Source: a virus | Lineage: Duplodnaviria > Caudoviricetes | Direction: 5' to 3' (one strand) | IMG/VR virus record: IMGVR_UViG_3300008255_002410 | Span: 1 to 61,734 of that record | DNA length: 61,734 nucleotides | Part shown: positions 17,001 to 25,745 of the stretch, one piece after another | Layout: every line of letters starts with the position of its first letter | Position numbering within the stretch: the first letter of the stretch is position 1 | Made by a program: the position numbers and the translations under genes | The notes under the pieces: model-generated | Seen by the model: only the letters and a program-made list of their open reading frames with translations | Told to the model about the DNA's origin: nothing | Database searches by the model: none

Positions 17001-19884
17001 CCATGATGGACGGCGGGCTTGTGATGGACTCAACTTCTTCTGCGTCTCCAGGCAGGGCTTCTTTGGAAACAGATGCCACGCCCGCCCTGATGGCGACGTG
17101 TGCGGTTGCTGTGGCTTCCCCAGAACTTGAGATGCTGATGGACTCAGTTCCAGCACCCGTGAAGTTCAGAGTTGAAACCACACCCCCGTCAACAGCAACG
17201 CCTTCCTTCTTCAGCGAAAGCAGGTTTGAAAGTCGAGCGACTTCTGTAGCCCCGGCCATCCTGGGGTCCAGGCTTGTAACGAACTTGTTGGCAGCACTCG
17301 GGGTACCACTGGTGCCTACAATAGCTGCCTTCTCGTCAACAGAAAGGTGAACGATGGATGGGTTGTTATGATCAGAAATCGTGGACAGGGCCTGTGTCCC
17401 TGTATGGTTTGCACGAGCAAACAGGTTGAGAAGGCCTGTACCATTGTCCAGGTACAGGTTGCTCTCGAAGTAGACCAGCTTTCCCCCTGGAGCGGTAGAG
17501 GCAGGTAAGGCAACAGGGGCTAGTAGGACGAAGTTCGACCCAGCAAAGCCGTTAAAGTCGATAGCACCAGACATCGTGCCACCTGCACGCTGTAAGGCCC
17601 CATCAATCTTCGTTTGGTTCCCCTCAGAAACAGGCCTGGCGTCTGACAGTCTGGCATCATCACCAGCACACACGGTGCCTGCTGCTGATCCAGTCTTTGC
17701 CCCGAGTTTGCTGTTTCCGTCGATCTCAAGTCCAGAGCCCAAGTCAAGCTGAACTCCCGTAGCTCCAGCAACCAAGCCAGGCATCACCTTCACCTGGACA
17801 GATGCTACTCCGTCAGCAACGCTGGACAGAATTGTTGTATCCGTGGCCTGAACGTCTGTCAAAGTCCCGGATGCAATTTCGATATTGACGATGCTGGAAT
17901 CTTGGACATCCGCGGCGATTGAATTTACGCCACCAGAAAGTCGAATCGTGGTGAAGGGGCCAATGAGGTTTTCCTCAAGGTCATAGACTTTGAGAAGGTC
18001 TGAAAGCTTTGTTCGATCTCCTCCAGAAAGAAGCCCTGTGTCCGCTTGGGTAACGAATCTGTTTCCAGCACCTGGTACTCCCGAAGAACCCGCCAAGGCA
18101 GCTCGTTCACCAGAAGTAACATGAACGGTGGCAACGTCTCCGTGGCCTACGACACTGGCTACAGGGATTTCTCTAAGGTTCACCCAGTCAAAAGCGGTTG
18201 GACTTCCGAAGAGCAACTTCCCAGTATCGGTCGTGTAAATCAGGCGCCCGATACTGTAGCCAGGCTTGCCAGTATCGGTGAAGCCCTCAACCCGGACGTT
18301 CTTCAGGCTGCCACCGGAAAGGTTGATTCCATCAGGAAGAGTTGCGGCTTCTCCGGCAACCCCTTTGTACGCTGAAGAAAAGATTTCGTTGAATGGGATG
18401 TTAGCCGCACCAAGTGCTACGGTGGCTCCGATTTTCGGGGTCAGGCTTACCAGGAGCGTTCTGGTAGCAGAATCCACCAGTAGGTACTGCGGGTGATCGT
18501 CTGCTGTAAGCCCAGAAAGCTCTGTGTGTATGGTGATCGGCTCAGAGAGTCCGTCAAGCTTGTTCTTATCGGACACACTCATGAGTCCTGGGTGATTATC
18601 CCCTTCAGAACTTGATGCTGTGTAAGCAGGGTTCAAGCTGAAGGTGACATCCCCCTGTGCTGAAGAAACCAGAATACCGCTTCCGGCAACAGCGTTCTTA
18701 ACGAGTTCAGTCAGCCGGACGTCCAGGCCAGAAACAGCTCGAGCGGTGGTTCCGTCTGTATCGAATACCAGCCCAATTGTGACGTCCCCTTGAGCACCTG
18801 ATACAGAAGTACCTGTACCTGCTATGAGCGAGTGAACTCTGTCTGTCAGACCCGGGTCATTAGACTCGATAGGCTTGCCTGCAACAGGGGATGCCACTGT
18901 CCCGAAGGAGAGCGCAGCCGATAGATCTTTGGGACCGTCTTGTGGGCCAGAGTTTGTGAGGACTAACCCTGCAGTACTGGAGACCAGGTCCTTGACCCTC
19001 AACAGAAGTCTGCTGTCATCAGAGGCCAGAGCCTTGCCTGCGGTTGCGGCACCGTCAACCGCAAGGTCAAGCCCAAAGGTCACGTCTCCTTGACCATCCC
19101 CAATAGATCCATCAACTGTAACACCTGTACCCGCGATGGCCTTCTTGACGACTTTGACCAACCGGTCGTCCGTGCTTTCTACAGGGAGGCCTTCAACAGC
19201 AGCGTTGTTATCAGCCAGGACGAGTTCAAGGCTGAGGACGCCTTGTCCGTTAGGCAGGGAGCTGCTGATGTCGAACGCAGGACTCGTGCTCAAGAGAGAC
19301 TTGACTAGATCAGACAACCTGCTGTCTGTAGATTCGACAGCTTTTCCTACAGCAACTTCGTTATTGGCTGCGAAGTTTAGACCTACGGTCTTGCCTGATT
19401 CTTGCTCAGTGAACTTGAGTCCACCGGATGGAGTAAGCGTCAGAAAAACAAGAGGGTTCTCAGGGTCCTCGATGTTCGCACCAAGACCGTCTCCCACGGT
19501 GATACCGAGAAGTGCGCCACCACCAAGACTGACTTTGACTTGGGCCAAGCTGCCGACACGTGTGACGGTAAAGCCTGTGTTGAAGTCGATTCCAAGGAAC
19601 GGGACAGTATCGTTACCAGGCACATCCTGAGCTCCCGCTTGTACGGTGAGCAAGGCGTTGAGCTTGGCCTTGTCTGCGGGAAGAATCAACCCTGGCTTGG
19701 TGCCTGTCGAAAGTGCCAGGGCTAAGGGGCTAATGGTATTGTCTATGGCGAAAACAAGAGGGTTGTCTCCAGCCGCCTCCAAGGCGCTAGTCTGAGCAGG
19801 CGTCAGGAGAAGGTCGCTTACCTCTGTCTTCAGGTGAGTAAGTTTGATGGCGTTGTCACGGATAAATCTGGATCCGATGGGCAT
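11059..19884 (-). CDS. Giant tail fibre/adhesin (2941 aa) with Kelch-like beta-propeller blocks
   Basis: Many D(S/P/A)RL fibre repeats; two blocks of P..R.GH...YD......LFGG.......DTWEWDG repeats; AAGGA SD. Confidence 0.85.
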   Translation of the reverse strand: MPIGSRFIRDNAIKLTHLKTEVSDLLLTPAQTSALEAAGDNPLVFAIDNTISPLALALSTGTKPGLILPADKAKLNALLTVQAGAQDVPGNDTVPFLGIDFNTGFTVTRVGSLAQVKVSLGGGALLGITVGDGLGANIEDPENPLVFLTLTPSGGLKFTEQESGKTVGLNFAANNEVAVGKAVESTDSRLSDLVKSLLSTSPAFDISSSLPNGQGVLSLELVLADNNAAVEGLPVESTDDRLVKVVKKAIAGTGVTVDGSIGDGQGDVTFGLDLAVDGAATAGKALASDDSRLLLRVKDLVSSTAGLVLTNSGPQDGPKDLSAALSFGTVASPVAGKPIESNDPGLTDRVHSLIAGTGTSVSGAQGDVTIGLVFDTDGTTARAVSGLDVRLTELVKNAVAGSGILVSSAQGDVTFSLNPAYTASSSEGDNHPGLMSVSDKNKLDGLSEPITIHTELSGLTADDHPQYLLVDSATRTLLVSLTPKIGATVALGAANIPFNEIFSSAYKGVAGEAATLPDGINLSGGSLKNVRVEGFTDTGKPGYSIGRLIYTTDTGKLLFGSPTAFDWVNLREIPVASVVGHGDVATVHVTSGERAALAGSSGVPGAGNRFVTQADTGLLSGGDRTKLSDLLKVYDLEENLIGPFTTIRLSGGVNSIAADVQDSSIVNIEIASGTLTDVQATDTTILSSVADGVASVQVKVMPGLVAGATGVQLDLGSGLEIDGNSKLGAKTGSAAGTVCAGDDARLSDARPVSEGNQTKIDGALQRAGGTMSGAIDFNGFAGSNFVLLAPVALPASTAPGGKLVYFESNLYLDNGTGLLNLFARANHTGTQALSTISDHNNPSIVHLSVDEKAAIVGTSGTPSAANKFVTSLDPRMAGATEVARLSNLLSLKKEGVAVDGGVVSTLNFTGAGTESISISSSGEATATAHVAIRAGVASVSKEALPGDAEEVESITSPPSIMVVGPGVKLYQQSSVVPSPAVLEITGTAPNHDASLTGDGTVGTPLGVVFSSNGVTTPAAVDNTDARLTGNAKLEGDNSFTGKNSFADISSFLMPQAGPSVFFGQAGFGGSGDSDGFLTVGTTQQAGAYVTALEWNRNSTAIPFWDLTVINNENERYPTDTWRLRRQPLPVTALPAVDVLRVDESGNLYLGPGSTTMVWGTSGSAGLFVNTGSTYFPSILFNAVTKRWEYTIGGDATSNPVNPPNPSRIIEVRVLENNGLLATDKADSGAGEYLQLSLEYAASGASNALPVRADDKRLLPTDVDTTGDGATNPTSIPGLMSVADKNTLAAISAVTLVPASTTVQGIVYLTATPWVTQNPTAVSLGGLAYDPRRLRNISFGGENTSQVLVDKRVWEWNGFSWMDASPRDAQGAFVEAYPDARSGHAFLYFPPRNRVFMHGGWLQNEHAEPSNETWEWDGANWYPVTTVNSPTLAGHKAIYDSVRKVVVVYGVEEGASKTYELSWDGQVWTWADVTPETSPAPRNHPGLAFDVSQGKTVLFGGERLDIPGTHFSDTWTWNGTVWTQLNPASSPTSRMSVAMAYLPSTSRVVLFGGNDSGNLNDTWTLNTGTSTWTQQTFSAGVPTARSLAGLVYNSARTSLLLYGGGTNQTVWEYNGTTWINLPAGQKPAAVSDNDPRIATAFPGIHDHSDDGYGGSILRLPESGILLFPKAAAPPENRAIVEIASGDLQYKTAAGDLRTLATLPSASPLVTASADLSGVAYLSESPEVESIPSARTQAVGAYHPKTNRCVLFGGQNTAGTYNKETWEWSGTNWLRKIPTAEADAGFKARVSASLITDPLRNRLFLHAGRYGNVKGELLSDAYTWDGSDWTAVSYVVSSNFPSPRWGHAVAYDSVRGVAVLFGGWDAVTGTVLTDTWEFDGAEWAQIQVPGTADVDYPLGRGGHSLTFDPDLGVVRLFGGSTSSGVAPTQLPTGARNDTWEWDGGTWTKRQIHDNTRFPKPAVWSGIVYDTIRDKAYLFGGEYQDPNTFELFSWGVIYEWNNSGSTWDALAPGGAKPDDRAGHVLVFDSAREVAVLYGGFRWTVINMTPTKVYSTETWEWDGVTWTKKTPVANPGEKTRNAAAFDASRNVVTIFGNDDSTLDNELWEYDGNNWVQNSPTGSEPAPVDSSELFYNINTEVLTLVGGWTSSGTGNNDTWTFNGTAWSQVLYYPPPKGRSRFGMAHDPGVDKLYIFAGITVDADSGDEVQGNDIWEFDPVTRRWLPLNPGTPPGARVDPAVCYFPAISKTVVFGGYSTSLEADYAETWTWTGSTRTWTAVSAGSPTLSTPKLAYDIPRNILVLTGTAVGGATETWEWPGTGNWVKIVSTRELPAGRADQVIIAQPPLGRVLLFGGFADAEALQDTWIWNGKNWNKRRKGEDLEDSQATAPTDSDPRLEDARSPLPHDHSSALFGGTEIRLPASGVLLLPTGDPVDNREISESADAGNPLKYRTSAGALKILGSVRSVTAGSGLLRSDSPGNPITETGTLAVDFALVSAVGHDHDADYGRLDSINTWAEQQTFSDGVKLVTGELKWDAGSSRVRFSHDAVNFQPLMLATAGTGLAEADSLDGSLRTLSTVQQAPISVDGFGLQLDYTGAFKLTADALDLDLTAGAAGKAAEADKVLYKDGTTTATAQIPFAEGLTVPDGKKVKLPLNTTTPDNLNIWIDDSVVGSGELRFKDKAGVVIRVAVNTGAAGPGTINKVTDGSTDVDGATVALFAKGNTDPEGMGIVTSESPAGTARVLLTAIQKIITDSTLTGDGRTGTPVGLKLDTANTWSVLQTFSSGVNVSTRLGLPSGGAPANARDIKENTGKLEYRLADDSATKTVLFQEDLVLADASWPVGWDTNIAGDPESGATAGKTTIEVRNLPAEIVALTDVVIDISQSIEHADDLSGNLWASVGVFAVDRRAGQTVIAGGTLTIIIRHAGSALAANTTVGPFFRYTVRRR

Positions 19885-19893
19885 TGTTTTTCC

Positions 19894-19909
19894 TTGACGC
19901 CGGCGTCAA
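19894..19909. repeat. 16-bp palindrome TTGACGCCGGCGTCAA, copy 3
   Basis: Exact match; contains the TGA stop of the 19906 gene and runs into the AAGGA SD of the giant fibre gene. Confidence 0.95.
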
Positions 19910-20532
19910 CGTGCTTCGACTGGGAGCACATCGTTGAGGGCTGCAAAGTTCTGAGAGGCCCCTTTTGTGCTGTTGATTGCCTTGTAGTAGGTTCTTCCCA
20001 GATAGGTGATTCTCCAGTAAGAGCCAAGTGGCCGGATTTTATCGTTTGGCACGAGTTCGAGAGTCCAACTTCCATCAGCACCTGTTTCTGTGGAAGCTGA
20101 AGATGCCAGGTGTTCCCCGTCTACAGTACTAGGCTTGATGCCTGGAGAGTAAAGAGTTGCCTTTACGGGTATTCCAGAAACACTTGGAAGTCCACTAGGT
20201 AAGCCAACGTACCCGGTGATGATGCTGGACAGGAGTCCTGCTTCTCTGGCGATCAGTGCTGGGGAGGGACCACTCTCAACTCGAGCAGCGTTATCAAAAA
20301 ACGTATACCAGTACTCATCCCCTATCGCTGCATCGCGAATCGCCCAATACTGAGTGCCTGGTGAGATGATGACGTCCAGGTCATCAGGGTCTGGCGGGAT
20401 GCGGACCGAAGTTCCACCACGCCGTCGATACAGAAATAGATGCGTGATGCGAGGATCAAGGTCTTGATATTGAAATTCAACAACGAAGTCCATGCTAGAA
20501 CCTTGGGGCTTGGCCAACAACGGGTAAGACAC
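19906..20532 (-). CDS. Virion/baseplate-like beta-rich protein
   Basis: D.RITHL..YR...SPGT..W.IRDA.IGDEY domain shared with the upstream gene; TGADG.W...LVPN carboxypeptidase-regulatory-like segment. Confidence 0.65.
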   Translation of the reverse strand: MSYPLLAKPQGSSMDFVVEFQYQDLDPRITHLFLYRRRGGTSVRIPPDPDDLDVIISPGTQYWAIRDAAIGDEYWYTFFDNAARVESGPSPALIAREAGLLSSIITGYVGLPSGLPSVSGIPVKATLYSPGIKPSTVDGEHLASSASTETGADGSWTLELVPNDKIRPLGSYWRITYLGRTYYKAINSTKGASQNFAALNDVLPVEAR

Positions 20533-21037
20533 GGACCAGGGCGGAAGCTGGACCCAGGATCTTTCCGGGGCTATGATATGGTCTCACAAAGTATTCATCT
20601 CCGATCTTGGCGTCTGAAATGGTAAAGCTCGTAGTTCCACTAGCAACCTGTCCAGCTTGCGTGAGGGTTCCCTCTCGGTTTCTGAAAACCTGTAAGTGGG
20701 TAACCCTGGAGTCTGTTGTGGTGGATAGCCCAAGCACGATTTCACCCGTGTAGTCTTTGGCATAATGGAGGCTTGTAGGGGCTACAAGCGAGGCTTCTGC
20801 CCCCTGGGAGTAACCAGACAGGAGTCCCAGGGTTAGTGTATCACCTACGGAGGAGTCGAACAGTATCCGGATGTGTGTTGAGTCGACATCTTCGTATTGC
20901 AGCGTTGAGTAGAGAAAGACGCCGTTCAGAAGTACCAGTAATTCGTGGGTACCTGTGACATGTTGAGGCACCAAGATCAGGAACCCAGAGGTGTGAATCC
21001 CTGGGTCCAGCGCCAGGCTAGTTTCGTTACGTAGCAT
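20495..21037 (-). CDS. Virion/baseplate-like protein
   Basis: LLVLLNGV..Y repeat plus a DSRVTHL..FR..SGTTSF.ISDAKIGDEY domain. Confidence 0.65.
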   Translation of the reverse strand: MLRNETSLALDPGIHTSGFLILVPQHVTGTHELLVLLNGVFLYSTLQYEDVDSTHIRILFDSSVGDTLTLGLLSGYSQGAEASLVAPTSLHYAKDYTGEIVLGLSTTTDSRVTHLQVFRNREGTLTQAGQVASGTTSFTISDAKIGDEYFVRPYHSPGKILGPASALVRVLPVVGQAPRF

Positions 21038-21348
21038 CAGAGTAGGGCGGGTCTCTCCGGTCGAGAAAGTCCAGGGGCCGAAGCAAAGGTTGTTGGGCTT
21101 TCTAGCCAGGCAGTGGTCGCGGTGCCATCCCCGACATAGAAGAACTCCACAGTTTCAACGCCTCGAAGACGGAAGCGAAACTTTACCAGAGAGGCTCCAA
21201 CCATGTCGTAGCTCACCCCAAGGTACTGGAGTTGTCCGGAGATGCTAGCGTAGAGGCGGTTTGGATCCCCCACGACGAAACTTAGCGTGAAGAGGCTTTG
21301 GCCTACTTCGAGCTGAGGGTTAGAGCTAGGGCTGAAGATCTGTTGCAT
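21037..21348 (-). CDS. Small virion/baseplate-like protein
   Basis: One copy of the G...F.L.......L.V..SG.LQ....Y repeat; TGATG-coupled to its neighbours. Confidence 0.6.
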   Translation of the reverse strand: MQQIFSPSSNPQLEVGQSLFTLSFVVGDPNRLYASISGQLQYLGVSYDMVGASLVKFRFRLRGVETVEFFYVGDGTATTAWLESPTTFASAPGLSRPERPALL

Positions 21349-21770
21349 CAGGTTTCACGTATCTCGCCAGTTGATCCTATTGTAAAGCTGTCCGAAGCGA
21401 ATCCAGCAAACTCTATGACGTCACCTTGTTTTGGTGGCTCTACGGTGTTGATCTCTACTGTTTGGTTCGAAGGCATCTCAAACAGCCAGGGCTCCAAGAT
21501 AGCCCCGTTAACGCTGACAAGAAGTAGGGGTATGACGTAGACCTTGGTTGTTGTAAACAGCCTGCGAACCCCATTTGCAACTTCTACTGTGGTGAACTGA
21601 AAAGGCTTTAGCACTGATGGAAACGTAAAAACCCGGAGGTCTCTACTGAAGTCCAAGTCTTCTGTGACTTTGAGCCCGCCCAAGGTCACCAGGTGTGTCG
21701 GCATGTCCCCTGTACCCGGAACTGTTACAGAGAATGGAATTGAAGTAATCGTGAAAACTTGGCGAATCAT
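21348..21770 (-). CDS. Virion/baseplate-like protein
   Basis: ATGA overlap with the 946-aa gene; ANGVRRLF...LVSVNG...PP..GDV repeat. Confidence 0.65.
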   Translation of the reverse strand: MIRQVFTITSIPFSVTVPGTGDMPTHLVTLGGLKVTEDLDFSRDLRVFTFPSVLKPFQFTTVEVANGVRRLFTTTKVYVIPLLLVSVNGAILEPWLFEMPSNQTVEINTVEPPKQGDVIEFAGFASDSFTIGSTGEIRET

Positions 21771-24607
21771 AGCTTTATGTACATCGCATCGACAACATCC
21801 CCCGGTACAGCAACCCCGAGAAACTTGATTCTTCTGTTGTTCAGGATTTGTATAGGAACTGTAAGTGGTGAAGCCCAAACAGTATTCAGGAAGACCAGGA
21901 CGAATTGGGTGTTGAATTCCTGTGAAGCTTCATAGACAAGGTCGTCACCGAGGACTTGCTGATCATTCAGAACAAAGTTTGCTTCGACCAGAAGAGAAAC
22001 AGAGAAAAACATGTCTCCAGCTAACGGCGCTAAGTTGAATTTTACAAGATCAGTTCCTACCTCTTGATACCCGTCAGGGTTATCCAAGTCATCAGTGAGG
22101 AACTGCTTTAACCAGTTTTTGAAAATGGCACAGGACCCTGCAACGAAATGCTCTGTGGTGTGAAACTCTTGACGCACTCCATCGGGGGATTCAACGAGTG
22201 GCCGGTTAAACGCGATTGGGCTTAGTCCTGGAATCCAAGGTAGCGGGTTAGCAACAACAAGAATTGGGTCCAAGTTACGGCTTATTCCAACTGGGGTTGT
22301 AACTTTGATAGGGTAAACACCTGGAAGCACACCCGCGGGGATTGTAGCCAGGATCGTGGTGTTGTTTTGTATTGCAAAGACAAGACTGATTTCTCCCAAA
22401 GCTACTTGTGTAGCTCCAGAGAATTTATGCCCCTTCACCACAATCTGAGTGATTACGTTCCTGAACGTCAGATAAGGATTTACTGAGACCACGTCCAGAA
22501 CTTCTTCCTGGGCTTCCTCTGGGGGTGGTTGTGTGACTGCAAAGGTGAATGCTCTTTCAGTAATTCCCGGTGGGTTCTCTGCTACTGCCGAGAACTCAAA
22601 CACTCCAGCAGTTGTTGGTTGCCCCAAGAGTAAGCCCGCACGGTTGAGTGCTATTCCAGCGGGGAGCTCGCCCACCTTGGAAAAGTCTAAGGGTGTAGTT
22701 CCAGTAGCTACGATCTGCTTGGAGTAGTCAACCCCCAAGACAGCTTCGGGGAGTGTTGTTGTAGTAATTGTAGGAACAACGCCTGGCGTTCCTTGAACCC
22801 AGGAATTGCTATTCCAGATCCAAAGGTCATTAAGCAGCCCATTACCTACCCCGCCAGTAAGAACCACTTGACTATAGTTTGGGTCGTAAGACATTCCAGC
22901 CAGTGACCTGGGTAAGGGCCCTTCACTCAGGAGCTCAGTCCAGTTGCTACCGTCCCATTCCCAGAAGTTGCTACCGAGGAGTGTTCCGTCAGTATCTGCA
23001 CCACCAAAGAGGACTAAGGTTTCTCGAGTTTCATGCCAGACCATCCTGGCACCTTTCCGGGCTGTTGGATTAGTCACAGGGGTTCGGTTCTGCCAGGCGC
23101 CTGATGTGGTCAAGACCCATGTTTCAGCAAGGACACCTACGCCGGTTGCTCCACCAAACAGTACAATCTCAGCACGCACTGGATCATATCCAGCAGAGTA
23201 GTCAATAGTTCCACCTGTGGGGGATCCTGATGTAACTAGGTCTACCCAAGTTTGCCCATTCCAACCGCGTGCCAGGATAGAGGCATAGCCATTTCCAGCT
23301 AGACCCCCCAGATAAACAACCAGTTCACGACCAGAGTCGTAAACCATGGACCCAAACATGGAGAACCCCTCACGAGGCGAATCTCCTACCTCAAGGTGGC
23401 CTACTTTTTCTACCCAGGTTTCCCCGTCCCACTCCCAGAGGTCTGTCAATTGGTTGTGTCCACCAAACATGACAGTGACACCACGAGAAACGTCATAGGC
23501 CATGGCATGGCCATATCGACTAGGCGGTTCTGTACCTGGGTTTTGATTCACCCATCCATTTTTGTCTAGCTCCCAAGTACCGCTCAGGTTAGCCTCGGTG
23601 ATCTGTCTCTTTCCTGAAAAGATGATGTGCTTGTTTCTGGCAGAGTCATACACCATAGGTGCCCCAAATCTTGGAGTTGGTGCAACCCCGGCAATCCAGG
23701 CAGACCCATTCCAGGTAAAAGGTCTAGCTAGAGTCTCTTCAGTTCTGCTTACTCCACCAAACGTAACAATGATCTTGTTTTGAAGATCATACAGACTACA
23801 TGATCCATGAATCGTCTCAGGAGCCTTTCGAAGCTCAGTCTTTTTGACCCAGCCTTCGCCCCCGTATTCCCAGGTGTCTTGAAAGATAGCTCCATCTGAA
23901 GCTGGTCGATGCCCCCCAAAGGCCAAGAGCATGGAAGTGTCAATGTTCGTGACAAGCACAAATTCTTCACACGGAAGAGGTAGCGTAACCAGTCTTTCAG
24001 ACCAATCGTTTCCGTCCCATTCCCACATTTCCTGTGGGTAGCCTCCTCCGTCATACCCCCCGAGCAGTATTACTCGAGACCTTGCTGGGTCCCAAGCCAT
24101 CTTATGGCCTTTTCTGGGACCGGGGTGGCTTGTCTCGGGAGCGATCTCTGCCCAGGTCAGCCCCGTGGTATCGAGTTCCCAGGTATCCTCCAGGACAACT
24201 GCCCCCGCGCCAACTCCGCCATGAAGCACGACCTTGGCTCTACTTGGGTCATAGGCTATAGCAAAAGAGTGTCGAGCGGTTGGGGCAGTCTGCGGTAGCT
24301 GCTGCTCCCACGCTTCTGTAGCACCATCCCACAGCCAGGTATCCCCTAGTAAACTCCCGTCTGTGCCTACTCCACCAAAAAGCAGACTAAGTGTGTTGCT
24401 GATTGAAACCGCAGCATGATTAGTCCTGGCATCTGGAGCAACGAGCAAGTCCTTTAGACGCCACCCCAGGCTCGCGTGATGAACCCAGGTTTCATCGCTG
24501 TAGCTGTTGTTGGTAAGAAGACCACCAAACAGTACAAGCGCTGAGCCAGCGGGTGGGTAAGAAGCGGCTAAGGAGGCTCTGCGTCTAGCTGAAGGTTGCA
24601 AGTTCAA
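21767..24607 (-). CDS. Kelch-repeat virion protein with Ig-like (He_PIG, IPT/TIG-like) domains
   Basis: About 12 LFGG...TWxWDG repeats; ITTTTLP.A..G..YS...A.G..P...LPAG..L putative Ig domain; V..V.P...G..F....V TIG-like domain; PDGVRQEF repeat. Confidence 0.8.
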   Translation of the reverse strand: MNLQPSARRRASLAASYPPAGSALVLFGGLLTNNSYSDETWVHHASLGWRLKDLLVAPDARTNHAAVSISNTLSLLFGGVGTDGSLLGDTWLWDGATEAWEQQLPQTAPTARHSFAIAYDPSRAKVVLHGGVGAGAVVLEDTWELDTTGLTWAEIAPETSHPGPRKGHKMAWDPARSRVILLGGYDGGGYPQEMWEWDGNDWSERLVTLPLPCEEFVLVTNIDTSMLLAFGGHRPASDGAIFQDTWEYGGEGWVKKTELRKAPETIHGSCSLYDLQNKIIVTFGGVSRTEETLARPFTWNGSAWIAGVAPTPRFGAPMVYDSARNKHIIFSGKRQITEANLSGTWELDKNGWVNQNPGTEPPSRYGHAMAYDVSRGVTVMFGGHNQLTDLWEWDGETWVEKVGHLEVGDSPREGFSMFGSMVYDSGRELVVYLGGLAGNGYASILARGWNGQTWVDLVTSGSPTGGTIDYSAGYDPVRAEIVLFGGATGVGVLAETWVLTTSGAWQNRTPVTNPTARKGARMVWHETRETLVLFGGADTDGTLLGSNFWEWDGSNWTELLSEGPLPRSLAGMSYDPNYSQVVLTGGVGNGLLNDLWIWNSNSWVQGTPGVVPTITTTTLPEAVLGVDYSKQIVATGTTPLDFSKVGELPAGIALNRAGLLLGQPTTAGVFEFSAVAENPPGITERAFTFAVTQPPPEEAQEEVLDVVSVNPYLTFRNVITQIVVKGHKFSGATQVALGEISLVFAIQNNTTILATIPAGVLPGVYPIKVTTPVGISRNLDPILVVANPLPWIPGLSPIAFNRPLVESPDGVRQEFHTTEHFVAGSCAIFKNWLKQFLTDDLDNPDGYQEVGTDLVKFNLAPLAGDMFFSVSLLVEANFVLNDQQVLGDDLVYEASQEFNTQFVLVFLNTVWASPLTVPIQILNNRRIKFLGVAVPGDVVDAMYIKL

Positions 24608-24621
24608 GAGTATCCTGTCGC

Positions 24622-25167
24622 TTACAGATTGAGCGTGTAAGTCCAGTCCAGATCCGCTGCTTCATCAGGAGCAAAAGAAAAAAGTAACCGGGTGGTTCCT
24701 GGACCATCAGGTAAGCTAACCTCATTGGAGTGTAGAGGAAGCCCGTCATAGTGGATAAGCAACATGTCTACACTTGAGACTGGACCACCCGTGTGAAACT
24801 CTACTCGTACCCCATCCGGGAGTTCGTCTTCTTTTGGCGGCTCGTTTGTGACCCACCCCAGGTACTCAAGGGTTCCTGGCTTCATGTAAAGCCCTGTAAC
24901 TTCTTGGTCTCCCGGTGCAGCCTGGTTCAAGACAATGGTAACTCCGTCAGGAAGTTCAGTGTACGCGCTTTGAGGAAGCTTCTTGTCCCCTACATAAAAG
25001 AGTCCTTTACCAAGGATGTGCACAAAGCTGGTACGAAATTGTGTTCTACCACTTCCCTCAATTTCGATCAGCGTGTCGTTGAGCTCCCAAAAGACTGGAC
25101 CAAATAGATCTGTCTTGGTCAAGACATCATCAGGCATCTGGTAGGTAGAAATGGGGTTGTTGGACAT
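24622..25167 (-). CDS. Virion/baseplate-like protein
   Basis: Two copies of the (P)DG.R..F.T...V.G...F.FAP repeat; TAATG coupling. Confidence 0.65.
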   Translation of the reverse strand: MSNNPISTYQMPDDVLTKTDLFGPVFWELNDTLIEIEGSGRTQFRTSFVHILGKGLFYVGDKKLPQSAYTELPDGVTIVLNQAAPGDQEVTGLYMKPGTLEYLGWVTNEPPKEDELPDGVRVEFHTGGPVSSVDMLLIHYDGLPLHSNEVSLPDGPGTTRLLFSFAPDEAADLDWTYTLNL

Positions 25168-25745
25168 TAGCAAGCCTCAAGGTAGAGCAACTCTAATACT
25201 TCATCAGGGTTGGGGGCAAAAGGGAGGGTGAAGCTCTGGGGAGGAACAAAACCTACAATTTTTACAAGCACTCCGCAAACCCAGGCCCACAGATAAGGCC
25301 GAAGACCGCCTGTATTCAACCTATCGAAGAACGGTCGTGTTTTAGTGTAAAACGTCGTTGTGCTGCCATCTGGGGGGGCTGTGGGTAAAGCGTTGAATCT
25401 CCAAAGCGAGTTGTAGACGCCAAACTTCAGGAACGTGAATCTAACTGTGTCGAGTGCTTCTGGAGTAAGACTTTCAAGCACCTGGACAGTTGAGGTTTCT
25501 GGGTCTTCAGTGTATTCAGCAACAGGTGAATTTGGAGAGAGCTTGAGCTCTGAGACATACACCAAAAGCTTTCCAGACTCAAATGTTTCAGGCACAACAA
25601 AGCTTCTTTGAACCCCGTTTGGTGGAGTGAGACTTGATTGAAGAACCTTGAAGTAGCTAGCAATTGGTGGCATCACCGGCCCTAAGACTGGCGCTCTGGC
25701 AAGTTCTTCAGGAAGTTGATAGTTTTGAAGTCTGACAAGACTCAT
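25167..25745 (-). CDS. Virion/baseplate-like protein
   Basis: PPNGVQRSF...LLVYV and PPDGSTTTF...F.L.FAP repeats. Confidence 0.65.
   Translation of the reverse strand: MSLVRLQNYQLPEELARAPVLGPVMPPIASYFKVLQSSLTPPNGVQRSFVVPETFESGKLLVYVSELKLSPNSPVAEYTEDPETSTVQVLESLTPEALDTVRFTFLKFGVYNSLWRFNALPTAPPDGSTTTFYTKTRPFFDRLNTGGLRPYLWAWVCGVLVKIVGFVPPQSFTLPFAPNPDEVLELLYLEAC

Noticed and set aside
8337-19725. Numerous + strand ORFs opposite the fibre genes
   Set aside because: Typical antisense shadow frames of Gly/Ala/Thr-rich genes.
8118-24607. Diversity-generating retroelement or invertible fibre cassette
   Set aside because: No reverse transcriptase, recombinase or near-identical template/variable repeat pair was noticed.
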